From Gemmatimonadota bacterium (GTDB lineage: Bacteria > Gemmatimonadota > Gemmatimonadetes > Palauibacterales > Palauibacteraceae): a stretch of DNA of 38,353 bases. Position 1 is the first letter of the stretch. Every line of letters starts with the position of its first letter. Made by a program: the position numbers and the translations under genes. A model generated the notes under the pieces. That model saw nothing but the letters and a program-made list of their open reading frames with translations, did not search any database and had not been told where the DNA came from. Below are positions 7,093-16,667 of this stretch, piece after piece. The DNA is taken from assembly GCA_039656095.1 (NCBI GenBank), contig JBDHMQ010000001.1:1-38353 (forward strand), in the 5' to 3' direction.

Positions 7093-9524
7093 TAACTGTC
7101 TGGTTGAAGGGTAATCGTTCGGACTGGCGGTACAGAATCCGTTTCTTCCAATGGAAGCCGGACGAGATTGCCCTCGCGCCATCGGGGGAGCATGTCGTCA
7201 TAGTGAGGACTGAACGGGTTCCCGCTCTGGCCGGTGGGGATCAGAACGAAACCCCGTGGACCATCAGGCGTCAGTTCCGTCACCATGCGTTCCGATGGTC
7301 CATACTCGCTCGAAAAGGGGAGGTTCGGACCGTTCGGGGTCAGATCCTGCCAGTTCTTGTAATCATCCGGCCGCAGAGTATTCGGACCACCGCTTGACGG
7401 ATACGGGCCAACGGTGAATCCGAAGATCCAGTTGAGCCACGGATTCCTTCCAAGCGTGTGTACATGGCTCTCGGTATGCAATTCGCCCCACGACGACCCG
7501 TTCACCAGGCGTACCGACTCTCGCATCGATTCCTCTTCGAGCTCGGCAAGGGTTTCACGCGCCGCAGTGCTGACATCATCAACCCACGGGTTCGCATCAC
7601 CTTCCGCAAACACTCGCAGCATCGCGCTGATCGGGAAATACGATCTCGACATGGCGCCCTGCCATTCATCGGATGCGATCCTGGTTCGCAGTCCATAAAA
7701 CCACGAATAGAAAACGGGAGCCGCTGTTGACGACATGTCCACCTGGCGGTTCCAGCCGACGAGCAGGTCTGCGGTTGATTCGTCGCCAATCCGACGGGCT
7801 GCCGCTATTGCACGGTCAATTCCACGATCAGCCAGGAGGCTTCGGACGTCGCGCTGGAGGGCTGAGGTAGACTCGATCGTCCAGTCACGCCGTACGGCAA
7901 GGGCCTGCGTAAGACGAAGAGCCCGAAACGGGACTGGGAAGTCCGCGCCGATAACTCCGTCCAATCCGAGCGATTGCAGATTGTTCGCCGTCGCAATGTA
8001 ATCTCGCGTCGGTTCGGTTGTGGCCGGATGCGCATCTGTAGACCAGACTCCGGTCCAGCCATCTCCGGCGATCTCCGCCAGGACAGGGAGGGCACCGTCC
8101 CAGGTACGCTCAGGAATGGAACCGGCCAGCCGATACGCGATGCGGCCATCTGTAGACCCCACCACAATATTGAGATGCGGCTGGGTAAACGCCCGAGCCG
8201 CTACATGAAAATCCTCGATGGATCGGGCGCGGTTCAACCCGAACAGCCCGTCGAGACCTACGGAAATCCGAGCCGGAAGAAACATGGCTGAGACGGCTCC
8301 CGGAACCTGCTCAAGCACGTCGCTCAGCAGCGGGCCGCGCCGGGTTGAACGTACCCGATGTTCGACCGGATTCGAACCGCGGACCTGAATCGAATCTACG
8401 CGCACCTCAAGATCCAACCAGCCGGCCGCGTCACGATACTGGCGACCGTTTTCGCTCAGTTCTTCGACGACGAAGTCCATGTCGTCGACCATCCCGTTGG
8501 TTGCACCCCATGCTATATGGCGGTTGAATCCCACGATCACTCCCGGGATTCCGGGTAGCGTGAATCCTGCCACATGCAGGTCGTCCGCGTGTGCGTGTAC
8601 CGCAGCAATGTACCAGGTAGACGGAGCCCGAAGTGCGAGATGCATGTCATTGGCAACAATCGGGTTACCGCTGGATGTGCGAGAAGGACCGACGACCCAC
8701 GCATTGGAGGCAATGCGGACCGAAGCAGTCGCGAGAACGTCGAACGGATCCCACGAGTCGTTGGCATTCGCAACAGGTTGATCTGCGCTGACCCGAGGTC
8801 TGGCATTCGATTCCGGCCAGTCCGTTACAGCGACTCCCGGCGGCGGTTCACGCAAACCGTCAAGTGTTACGGGCGCCCAGTCCGGATAGCGCGGATGCAG
8901 GTAGGACGCTCGCGCCGAATCGAGATGTGTTTCAGCCCATAGCCGGGAAAGGTCGTGGCGCCAGTGTGACAGGTCGAGATTCATCACAAGCCCGATCATC
9001 AGGCTGGCTTCAGGGGTCCAGGGCTGCGGCTCAAACCGGAGTAGCCTGAACTCAGGCGGAAGAGACCTGCCCGCCTCTAGACGCGCGTTTACGCCTTCCG
9101 AGTACGCCACGAGAACGGCACGCTCACCGGATTCCAAATCGCGGGCCGCCCGGTTGGCAATCGCCGCCAGTCCCAACGTCCGTGTGAACCTGTCGGTGTC
9201 GAGCGCCTGTGGACCAAAGATCTCTGCCAGACGGCCCGATCCGATTCGCCGGGAAAACTCCATTTGCCAGAGTCTGTCTGAAGCGTGCAAGTAGCCGAGC
9301 GTCCGCCAGGCATCCAGCTCGTCAGTCGCCCGAATCGTGGGGATTCCAAGACTGTCGAATCCGACTTGAACCGTGTCGCCAAGCCCGGTTACGGTCGCGG
9401 GTGAGTCGGGATACGCCCAGCTTCCTGCCAATTGGAACCAGGCTACGGTCACCACGCCACCGGCCAGCCACACGCCCCCGAGGAATACGAAAAATGCCCG
9501 GCGGCGGAATCGTGTGTGCCTCAC
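7092..9524 (-). CDS. Penicillin acylase family Ntn-hydrolase (penicillin amidase / acyl-homoserine-lactone acylase type), exported
   Basis: 810 aa with an N-terminal TM/signal segment. Internal SNAWVVGPSRTSSGNPIVANDMHL matches the autoprocessing site and the Ser nucleophile of the beta subunit. Confidence 0.85.
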   Translation of the reverse strand: MRHTRFRRRAFFVFLGGVWLAGGVVTVAWFQLAGSWAYPDSPATVTGLGDTVQVGFDSLGIPTIRATDELDAWRTLGYLHASDRLWQMEFSRRIGSGRLAEIFGPQALDTDRFTRTLGLAAIANRAARDLESGERAVLVAYSEGVNARLEAGRSLPPEFRLLRFEPQPWTPEASLMIGLVMNLDLSHWRHDLSRLWAETHLDSARASYLHPRYPDWAPVTLDGLREPPPGVAVTDWPESNARPRVSADQPVANANDSWDPFDVLATASVRIASNAWVVGPSRTSSGNPIVANDMHLALRAPSTWYIAAVHAHADDLHVAGFTLPGIPGVIVGFNRHIAWGATNGMVDDMDFVVEELSENGRQYRDAAGWLDLEVRVDSIQVRGSNPVEHRVRSTRRGPLLSDVLEQVPGAVSAMFLPARISVGLDGLFGLNRARSIEDFHVAARAFTQPHLNIVVGSTDGRIAYRLAGSIPERTWDGALPVLAEIAGDGWTGVWSTDAHPATTEPTRDYIATANNLQSLGLDGVIGADFPVPFRALRLTQALAVRRDWTIESTSALQRDVRSLLADRGIDRAIAAARRIGDESTADLLVGWNRQVDMSSTAAPVFYSWFYGLRTRIASDEWQGAMSRSYFPISAMLRVFAEGDANPWVDDVSTAARETLAELEEESMRESVRLVNGSSWGELHTESHVHTLGRNPWLNWIFGFTVGPYPSSGGPNTLRPDDYKNWQDLTPNGPNLPFSSEYGPSERMVTELTPDGPRGFVLIPTGQSGNPFSPHYDDMLPRWREGNLVRLPLEETDSVPPVRTITLQPDS

Positions 9525-10114
9525 GCCGAACCGCGCTCCAAGCCCGCATCGGCCTGCGGGAGGAAGGAAAACAGCGAAGCGTATATGTCGCCGGCCGCAC
9601 GTACGAGGCGCCGATCGTCGAGTCGATCAAGGCAACGGGCGCAGGCGACAGGGTCGCGGTCGATCTGCGCCGCCAAGTCAGCGGCATCGGCCTGTCCGGC
9701 CCTGCTGAGCGCATCCCAGATCCCACGGGCTTCCGCCTCGATTCGACCCAGAATGACAAGCCGTCGCTCTGCGGTACGCGCCGCTACAGCCAGACCCCGG
9801 CGTTCCAGGGCGCTCGACACCGGATCCATATGCTCTTCCTCCAGGCCATCCAGCAGGAAGTAATGACGACCGGCGCCTTGCGGCCGAGCCAGCGTGTCAT
9901 GCAGAAGCCGGGCAACAACTTCGTCTGCACAGCTGAAGTCGATAACCACAACCTCGCGGAAATCGATCACGGTGAGCGAGGGACCCGAGCGCTCATCAAC
10001 GAGTCGCTCGATCGACAGGCGAACGGCTCGACCCGTGTGCCTCGTTACCAGGTACTCCTGGTAGAGACTCGCGACCGCCACGTGCGGCGACAGAGGCATG
10101 GATGACCTCGTCAT
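9521..10114 (-). CDS. STAS-like (DUF4325-type) domain protein with C-terminal winged-helix-like region
   Basis: 197 aa. LVTRHTGRAVRLSIERLV...LTVIDFREVVVIDFSCADEVV resembles STAS/DUF4325. The C-terminal helical segment (ADLAAQIDRDPVACARCLDRLDDRRLVR) looks like wHTH. ATGA overlaps at both ends. Confidence 0.5.
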   Translation of the reverse strand: MTRSSMPLSPHVAVASLYQEYLVTRHTGRAVRLSIERLVDERSGPSLTVIDFREVVVIDFSCADEVVARLLHDTLARPQGAGRHYFLLDGLEEEHMDPVSSALERRGLAVAARTAERRLVILGRIEAEARGIWDALSRAGQADAADLAAQIDRDPVACARCLDRLDDRRLVRAAGDIYASLFSFLPQADAGLERGSA

Positions 10115-10986
10115 GGCCGCCCCGACTCGTCGCGGGCCGGCATCACAATGAGGATCTGCGCCCCAGGAAACGACGGGAGATCTCGCTGCATAGCTGGAAG
10201 ATCGTCCCAGTCAGGAACCAGCGCGATCTGAGCATTTCCGCTGCGAATAGCCAGTTCTCCATCCCACCGGTCAACCTGGCGCCGGATAGCCTGCAATCCC
10301 TGGCCGCGGCCCGGATCGCGAAATCGAGATTCGCCAAACAGAAGAGCCGCCTCAAGCGCTGTAGCTGACGACCAGGAATCGCCAAATCGGCGGGCATGTT
10401 CGGCGGCAAGCGATCCCTGGAATCCTACACCCACGTCCATTACGGCAAGCATCAGGACCTCACGGCCGAGGCGCGCCTTGTAGTTGTAGGTCTGGGCGCA
10501 CACCCAGCCGTCTGCACCACTGTGCTCGATGATGTTCTGGCATACTTCGGACAGCATCACACTGAACTGGATGACGGCCGGTTTCGGATAATGGAGGTGC
10601 TTCTCGAGAATCGTCGCCGCCCGCTCTCGAACGCGCTCCACAACCGTGTGTACATCACGGTGTGAACGGATGGGAGTAATCTGGAGCAACGCGTCGTGGG
10701 GTCCGAACAGCGGCTGTGGAGTCACGGAAAAGTCGAAGATTCCTTCGGCTGCCTGCCAGAATCCCATGAAATCCCAATAGGAATGAACGTCCTTGCTTTC
10801 TGGGGCTTCGATAGACGGGGCATGGCCAGTCCGGTCCAGGATTACCCGTCCGACTGCGAGCAGGCCGATCAGTCCATAAGGCGAAACCCAGCTGACGTGC
10901 TTTGCATTCAGCAGGATGCGCTCAGCCTCTTCCTCGAATGCCTCGTCGAGCGAGACCAGGAGCTCCTCGAATCCACGATGATCCAT
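10111..10986 (-). CDS. GHKL (SpoIIAB/RsbW-like) ATPase/kinase with N-terminal STAS-like domain
   Basis: N-box EVCQNIIEH, G1 MDVGVGF and G2 GRGQGL. N-terminal LNAKHVSWVSPYGLIGLLAVG is STAS-like. The start was set at ATG 10986, because the tracked start at 11175 would overlap the PfkB gene by 163 nt. Confidence 0.6.
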   Translation of the reverse strand: MDHRGFEELLVSLDEAFEEEAERILLNAKHVSWVSPYGLIGLLAVGRVILDRTGHAPSIEAPESKDVHSYWDFMGFWQAAEGIFDFSVTPQPLFGPHDALLQITPIRSHRDVHTVVERVRERAATILEKHLHYPKPAVIQFSVMLSEVCQNIIEHSGADGWVCAQTYNYKARLGREVLMLAVMDVGVGFQGSLAAEHARRFGDSWSSATALEAALLFGESRFRDPGRGQGLQAIRRQVDRWDGELAIRSGNAQIALVPDWDDLPAMQRDLPSFPGAQILIVMPARDESGRP

Positions 10987-11012
10987 GACTTCCGGCACGT
11001 CTATCAAACGAC

Positions 11013-12014
11013 TCAAAAGCCCTCGATTTCGGCCAGTTGGCCAGTTCGAAGATGTTCGCTGAGTTCCGCCGTGCCCCGAAAGCCGGCTGTCAGGCCTCCA
11101 TATCGATTGGCTGTCTCCACGGCGTCTGGAAGCATCTGTCCAGACAGGAGCGCCGTAAAGCAGGTTGCCCCCCACACGTCTCCGCAGCCCGTAGTATCAA
11201 TCACTGTTGGCGCGTCTGCCGGACCAGAGACCTGCACCGTAATCTCACCGCCGATCGCAGAAGGACTGTCCAGCCAACGAGAGTCGGAGGCGGCGGCCCA
11301 CGCCACCCCGTCACCTCCCAGAGTAGAAAATGCGACGGAGACTCCAGAGTTGACGATTGACCGGACACCGGCAACCGGATCCTCAATGCCACCTGTCACA
11401 ATTCGAATCTCGTCGCGGTTCCCTTGCACCAGATCGAAACACGCCCTCCATGCCGGCCAGTCATCCAATTCTCGACGTACCCGGACACCCGTCGTATCGG
11501 TTCCAAGCAAGAGCGAGTGAATATCGCAGTATAAAGGACCGTCAAATTCCTCGCGCAGCCGTCTTGCTACTGACAGGTCGAGCTCCCAACCGGCGATGAA
11601 ATTCACATACAGGGCGTCACAGTCCTCAATGATCGGCTCCAGATCGTTCCAAGTCCAGCCAGGAACGCCGCCTCGCAAATGCTCACAGCGATCCGACGAA
11701 TCGGAGTAGTGGAGATCGACCCGATTATTTTGTTCAGGCACTTCTACGAGAGCCTCAACAGACCCAACACCTCCCAAGCGCGATATACGCTCGACGGCCT
11801 TTTCGAACACATCCGCACCAACCTTGGCAATCGGGAGACACGTCCAGCCGTCTCCCCGCGCGGCATCGAATGCCTCGATCGAGTACGTAATCCCGCCCCA
11901 ATCCTCGGGCGGTTCCCCACCGGCGCCGGGCGAACCGGGCGGAGGGTGAATACGATCCCAAACCATCGTCCCCAGGATTCCGAGTCGCTTCGCCCCACCA
12001 CCGCGGTTTCTCAT
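11013..12014 (-). CDS. PfkB-family carbohydrate/sugar-phosphate kinase
   Basis: C-terminal PfkB signature VIDTTGCGDVWGA. The start was set at ATG 12014 (MRNRGGGAKRLGILG), 7 nt after the ROK stop. The tracked start is 12056. Confidence 0.7.
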   Translation of the reverse strand: MRNRGGGAKRLGILGTMVWDRIHPPPGSPGAGGEPPEDWGGITYSIEAFDAARGDGWTCLPIAKVGADVFEKAVERISRLGGVGSVEALVEVPEQNNRVDLHYSDSSDRCEHLRGGVPGWTWNDLEPIIEDCDALYVNFIAGWELDLSVARRLREEFDGPLYCDIHSLLLGTDTTGVRVRRELDDWPAWRACFDLVQGNRDEIRIVTGGIEDPVAGVRSIVNSGVSVAFSTLGGDGVAWAAASDSRWLDSPSAIGGEITVQVSGPADAPTVIDTTGCGDVWGATCFTALLSGQMLPDAVETANRYGGLTAGFRGTAELSEHLRTGQLAEIEGF

Positions 12015-12021
12015 CAGTCTT

Positions 12022-13014
12022 CTAGAAATCTCCAAACCGGACAACGCGAAACACACAGGCCGCCCCGATTACTCCGGCCCTGTTGCCGAGCTCACTGGTG
12101 ACGATCCGGCAGGCTTCGAATGCGGGACGAAAAGCCCGGCGACGCACTTCGTTCCGGAGCGGCTCAAGAAGCTGCTCTCCGGCCCGCGTGACACCACCGG
12201 AAATGACTACAATTTCTGGATTCAAAAGGTTGATCAGGTTCGCGATCCCTGCGCCGAGAAACTTGGCTGTGTCCCGCATGACTTCCTTCGCATATGCGTC
12301 ACCCGCGACGATACCTTCATACACCGTCTCCGCGGTGATCCGGGAGATATCTCCGTCTACCATGGAGGGAAGCAAGCTGGCTTCTCCCGTGAGCAACCCC
12401 TCGACGGCCCGTGCAGCGATTGCCGGACCCGAGGCGTATGCCTCAAGGCACCCGTAATTACCACATTTACACAAGCGGCCGGTCGAGGCAATCGACATAT
12501 GGCCAATCTCGCCCGCTGCGTCACTCACCCCATGGAAAATTCGGCCACGCAGGACAATTCCTCCACCGATCCCCGTCCCAAGCGTCACGCCGATGACATA
12601 GTCGAATCCTTGAGCTGCCCCGGCCCACCATTCTCCCAGGGTCGCACAATTGGCGTCATTGTCCAACTCCGCAGGAAGACCGATCGCATTGGAGACCAGG
12701 TCGCGAAGCGGAAAATTGCGCCAGCCCAGATTCGGCGTTTCGATGACCGTTCCAGTGGTACGATCCAGCGGGCCCGGCGACCCGAGCCCGATGCCGATGA
12801 ATCCGTCGGACTGGATGTCGGCTTCCTTTGCCGCATCATCCATGGCCTCGCGAATCATCGTATTGATTCGGTCAACGACATGTTTCGGACCCTTGTCGGC
12901 GCCCGTTGGCGACGACCGCATGGCAAGGACACGCGAGCCGTCAAACGGCACGACTCCCACATTGATCGAAGTTCCTCCCAGATCGACCCCAACGATATAT
13001 CGTCCGTCGTTCAC
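12022..13014 (-). CDS. glk: ROK family glucokinase
   Basis: IVGVDLGGTSINVG ATP-binding motif and the ROK zinc motif CKCGNYGCLE. Confidence 0.85.
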   Translation of the reverse strand: MNDGRYIVGVDLGGTSINVGVVPFDGSRVLAMRSSPTGADKGPKHVVDRINTMIREAMDDAAKEADIQSDGFIGIGLGSPGPLDRTTGTVIETPNLGWRNFPLRDLVSNAIGLPAELDNDANCATLGEWWAGAAQGFDYVIGVTLGTGIGGGIVLRGRIFHGVSDAAGEIGHMSIASTGRLCKCGNYGCLEAYASGPAIAARAVEGLLTGEASLLPSMVDGDISRITAETVYEGIVAGDAYAKEVMRDTAKFLGAGIANLINLLNPEIVVISGGVTRAGEQLLEPLRNEVRRRAFRPAFEACRIVTSELGNRAGVIGAACVFRVVRFGDF

Positions 13015-14072
13015 TCTGGCTCCTCATTCATCATCGACCGTGCTACCGCCTCAACTTCATCTACCTCAATGAGTCGCATACATTCGCGACTGGCGTCGGC
13101 CAATTCGTACCCTGATCCGCTACGAGGACACTCGTTTTTCACGCACGGAACACACGGCAGGTCGAAACGGCCGATCAGCCGGACTTCAGGCCCAAGAGGC
13201 CGGGTTTGACGAACGTCGGCAGGTCCTTCGAGCGCCAGAATCGGTACGCCGAGAGCCGCCGCCAGGTGCATCGGGCCGGTGTCGTTCGTCACTAGAAGGT
13301 CGCACGACAGGAGCGCCCCGGCCAACTCCAACAACGACGTCCGGCCCCCCAGGTCAATCCCGCGTTTACCAGCCCGTTCCGCAACCCGCGCTGTTAGAGG
13401 CATGTCGGCCTGACCTCCCAGCACGAGCAGGGTTCGCGACTCCGGCGCCAGCCGAGCCGCAAGCTCCTCGAATCGGTCGAGCGGCCAGCGTCTCGATAGA
13501 CCATTCGCGCCGGGGAAAATGCCCACGACCGGCCTGGCGTCTGGTCCGCCATCCAATATTTCCATGCGCCGCGCAGCAGCATCCCAAGCCGTCGCTGCCA
13601 ACCCGGGATTCAGGATCACTGGTGAAGGAGTCGCATCGTCCGGCGTAAAGCCAACTAGCGCGAGGTACTCGTCAACCCGATGATCCGCGAGCAGCGGCTT
13701 TCGATCGAGGGGATCCGTGAGAAGCCATGTACGAAAGTCACCGGCAGTGCCTCTGAGCTCGGTAACTCCGGCAAGCCGCAGAATCAAAGCCGACCCGAAA
13801 GACGGGGTAAGTGTGATTCCTCGAAGCGAGAATCCGTCCGCTGCCAGACGGAGCGCGCGGGCAGCTCGCCGGAACGCATGTCGATTCTCAAGAGGGAGAA
13901 CATCCAATTCTGGAACTGCCAGGTGGAGAATCGGCACGAGCCATGAGACAATGTGGACGAGGGGAGTCGGACGGCCCGCCAGACGCTCCGCATCCGTAAC
14001 CCGCTGAAGGGCGGGAACGCTGAGAACCAGCTCCCCGAGGTGATTCGGTGCCCGAACGACAAGGCGGTTCAT
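13011..14072 (-). CDS. Glycosyltransferase family 9 (LPS heptosyltransferase-like)
   Basis: 353 aa. LVTNDTGPMHLAAALGVPILAL is a typical GT9 C-terminal motif. ATGA overlap with the ROK gene. Confidence 0.8.
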   Translation of the reverse strand: MNRLVVRAPNHLGELVLSVPALQRVTDAERLAGRPTPLVHIVSWLVPILHLAVPELDVLPLENRHAFRRAARALRLAADGFSLRGITLTPSFGSALILRLAGVTELRGTAGDFRTWLLTDPLDRKPLLADHRVDEYLALVGFTPDDATPSPVILNPGLAATAWDAAARRMEILDGGPDARPVVGIFPGANGLSRRWPLDRFEELAARLAPESRTLLVLGGQADMPLTARVAERAGKRGIDLGGRTSLLELAGALLSCDLLVTNDTGPMHLAAALGVPILALEGPADVRQTRPLGPEVRLIGRFDLPCVPCVKNECPRSGSGYELADASRECMRLIEVDEVEAVARSMMNEEPE

Positions 14073-14095
14073 GTCCGGATCGTGACCTTTCGTCG

Positions 14096-15889
14096 TCAGT
14101 CGCCGACCTGGAGCACGGCCAGAAACGCCTCCTGCGGAATCTCGACGGATCCTACCTGTTTCATGCGGCGCTTCCCTGCTTTCTGCTTCTCCAGCAGCTT
14201 GCGCTTTCGCGAGATATCACCGCCGTAGCACTTCGCCGTCACGTTCTTCCGCAGTGCCTTGACCGTCGTCCGTGCGATCACGTCATTGCCGATCGCTGAC
14301 TGGATGGCGACGTCGAACAACTGCCTGGGAATCAGCTTTTTCAGCTTGCTGGCGATCTTGCGGCCATATTCGTAGGACTCGTCCCGATGAACGATGACAC
14401 TCAGTGCGTCTACCGGATCGCCGTTAAGCATGATGTCGAGTTTGACGAGATCAGAGACACGATATCCCGCCATCTCGTAGTCGAGGGCTGCATACCCGCG
14501 TGACACCGACTTCAACCGATCATAAAAATCGAGAACGATTTCGCCGAGCGGTATATCATACCGCAGTGCGACACGATTTGAGTCGAGATACTGCATGGTC
14601 GTGTACTCCCCGCGCCTTACATGACACAGGTTTTGGATTCCTCCGATGTACTCCGCTGGGGAGACGATGTGGATGGAGACGAACGGCTCCTCGATTGCCT
14701 CAATCCGTCCGCGATCCGGCATCTTGCTGGGGTTTTCCACCCGAAGGGACTCGCCGTTCGATAGAGTGACCCGGTATTCCACGTTGGGTACCGTTGTTAC
14801 CAGATCAAGGTCGAATTCCCGTTCGAGTCGCTCCTGAATGATCTCCATGTGGAGCAGACCCAGAAAACCACACCGAAATCCGAAGCCAAGAGCCTGGGAA
14901 GTTTCCGGTTCGTAATGAAGGCTTGCATCGTTCAGTTGCAGGCGCTCCAACGCATCTCGCAATTCCTCAAACCGGTCGGAGTCCGACGGATACAATCCGG
15001 CAAACACCACCGACTGAGCCTCCTGATATCCCGGAAGCAACTCCGTCGCCCGACTCGCTGCATCGAGCACCGTGTCACCCACCTTCGTATCGGAAATCTT
15101 CTTGATCTGGGCCGTCAGATAGCCGACTTCACCCGTACGCAACTCACCGGTCGCCTGGTAACCGAGCCGCATGTAGCCGACTTCATCGGCCTCGTATTCT
15201 GCCGTCGTAGCACCAAATCCAATCCGCTGCCCGCTGGTGAGCGTACCATCCACGACACGGACGAACGGTATCGCCCCTCGATACTTGTCATACAGCGAAT
15301 CAAAAATCAGCGCCCGGAGAGGTGCGTCCGGGTCGCCTTCGGGGGGTGGCACACGATCTACGATGGCCTCGAGGACCTCGACAATCCCCTCGCCCGTCTT
15401 TGCCGATACCAACAGTACATCCTCAGAGTCGATTCCCATCAATTCGCAGATTTCGTCTCGCCGCCGTTCGGGTTCCGCCGCCGGCAGATCGATCTTGTTG
15501 ATCACGGGGATGATCTCAAGTCCGGCATTCAGCGCCAGAAATAGATTGGAAATCGTCTGAGCCTCGACTCCCTGACTGGCGTCAATGATCAACAGGGCGC
15601 CTTCGCACGCCGCCAGGCTGCGACTTACCTCATACGTGAAGTCGACGTGTCCGGGCGTGTCAATCAGGTTGAGCTGATAGTCGTGCCCGTCCGCTGCTGT
15701 ATAAGGAAGTCGAATCGCGTTGAGCTTGATCGTAATCCCGCGTTCGCGCTCCAGATCCATCGAGTCGAGAACCTGCGCCTTCATGTTCCGACCCTCCACG
15801 GCTCCCGTTTCCTCCAGCAACCGGTCGGCGAGGGTCGACTTTCCGTGGTCGATGTGTGCGATGATCGAGAAATTGCGGATACGTTTCAC
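14096..15889 (-). CDS. lepA: Translation elongation factor 4 (LepA)
   Basis: 597 aa. [23 protein letters not shown]-domain and full-length LepA-like architecture. Confidence 0.95.
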   Translation of the reverse strand: MKRIRNFSIIAHIDHGKSTLADRLLEETGAVEGRNMKAQVLDSMDLERERGITIKLNAIRLPYTAADGHDYQLNLIDTPGHVDFTYEVSRSLAACEGALLIIDASQGVEAQTISNLFLALNAGLEIIPVINKIDLPAAEPERRRDEICELMGIDSEDVLLVSAKTGEGIVEVLEAIVDRVPPPEGDPDAPLRALIFDSLYDKYRGAIPFVRVVDGTLTSGQRIGFGATTAEYEADEVGYMRLGYQATGELRTGEVGYLTAQIKKISDTKVGDTVLDAASRATELLPGYQEAQSVVFAGLYPSDSDRFEELRDALERLQLNDASLHYEPETSQALGFGFRCGFLGLLHMEIIQERLEREFDLDLVTTVPNVEYRVTLSNGESLRVENPSKMPDRGRIEAIEEPFVSIHIVSPAEYIGGIQNLCHVRRGEYTTMQYLDSNRVALRYDIPLGEIVLDFYDRLKSVSRGYAALDYEMAGYRVSDLVKLDIMLNGDPVDALSVIVHRDESYEYGRKIASKLKKLIPRQLFDVAIQSAIGNDVIARTTVKALRKNVTAKCYGGDISRKRKLLEKQKAGKRRMKQVGSVEIPQEAFLAVLQVGD

Positions 15890-15890
15890 G

Positions 15891-16667
15891 CTACACCTCG
15901 ATCGTCAGGCCATCGTAGGCCGGGCGTACGCTGTCCGGGAGTTTTCGCTCCGCATCAGCATGATCCACGCTATGCGTAAGATGGGTTAGAAATGCGCGTG
16001 TCGCTCCGATTCGTTCGGCCGTCTCAACGGCCTCTTCAATCGTAAAGTGCGTCGGATGTATTTTGCCGAACCAGAGCGCGTTGATGACCAGAGTTTCGAC
16101 TCCCTCAAACAGGTCCCATGCATCATCGGGCACTCGCTTGGCATCAACGATGACTGCGAGATTTCCGGTTCGGAACCCGTAGCTCCGCTGATTGCCATGC
16201 GGAAATCCGATAACCTGCATAGGGATGCCGGCCGGCTCGACCCAATCCCGATCCTCAAACGTCTTCAACTCGATACCGGGGATCGACGTTCCCGGCAGGC
16301 TCGTAGCACTCGGCCCCAGGAAATATGCAAAACGAGCGCGCAGATCTTCCTCATATTCCGATGCTACATGCAGAGGGAGTGAGGAACGACCGTGGACTGA
16401 AAACACACGAAGATCATCGATCCCGTGAGTATGGTCCGCATGCGTGTGCGTCAGGTACACGGCATCAACATGCGAGACTTCAGCTGCAAGCAACTGCAGG
16501 CGAAGCTCTGGAGGTGTGTCGATAAGAAGCGTTCCCGTGTCTGCCTCAAGAAGCAATCCATGCCGCGACCGCCTATTCCTCAGGTCGTCGGAATTGCACA
16601 CCGCACAGGTGCAGCCCACTACCGGAACTCCGAAAGAGGTACCGGTACCCAGAAATGTCAGCCTCAA
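15891..16667 (-). CDS. MBL-fold metallo-hydrolase (PhnP/beta-lactamase-like phosphodiesterase type)
   Basis: [11 protein letters not shown] (HxHxDH) motif and N-terminal [13 protein letters not shown]. The tracked ORF to 16838 overlaps pyk by 175 nt and has no internal ATG. The proposed TTG start at 16667 overlaps the pyk TGA (TTGA). Confidence 0.65.
   Translation of the reverse strand: MRLTFLGTGTSFGVPVVGCTCAVCNSDDLRNRRSRHGLLLEADTGTLLIDTPPELRLQLLAAEVSHVDAVYLTHTHADHTHGIDDLRVFSVHGRSSLPLHVASEYEEDLRARFAYFLGPSATSLPGTSIPGIELKTFEDRDWVEPAGIPMQVIGFPHGNQRSYGFRTGNLAVIVDAKRVPDDAWDLFEGVETLVINALWFGKIHPTHFTIEEAVETAERIGATRAFLTHLTHSVDHADAERKLPDSVRPAYDGLTIEV

Noticed and set aside
9521-10986. GHKL ATPase plus DUF4325-like pair as an anti-phage defence system.
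   Set aside because: All flanking genes are housekeeping or metabolic and translationally coupled to the pair. There are no mobile-element, restriction, nuclease or other defence-island hallmarks nearby. A regulatory role is more parsimonious.
10987-11175. Longer tracked starts that create large same-strand overlaps: the GHKL gene to 11175, PfkB to 12056, SSS to 32238, the amidase to 30523, YpdA to 7182, pyk to 18202 and ispG to 22973.
   Set aside because: In each case an internal ATG coincides with the conserved N-terminus of the family and with a tidy junction to the upstream gene (a small gap or a 1-4 nt overlap).
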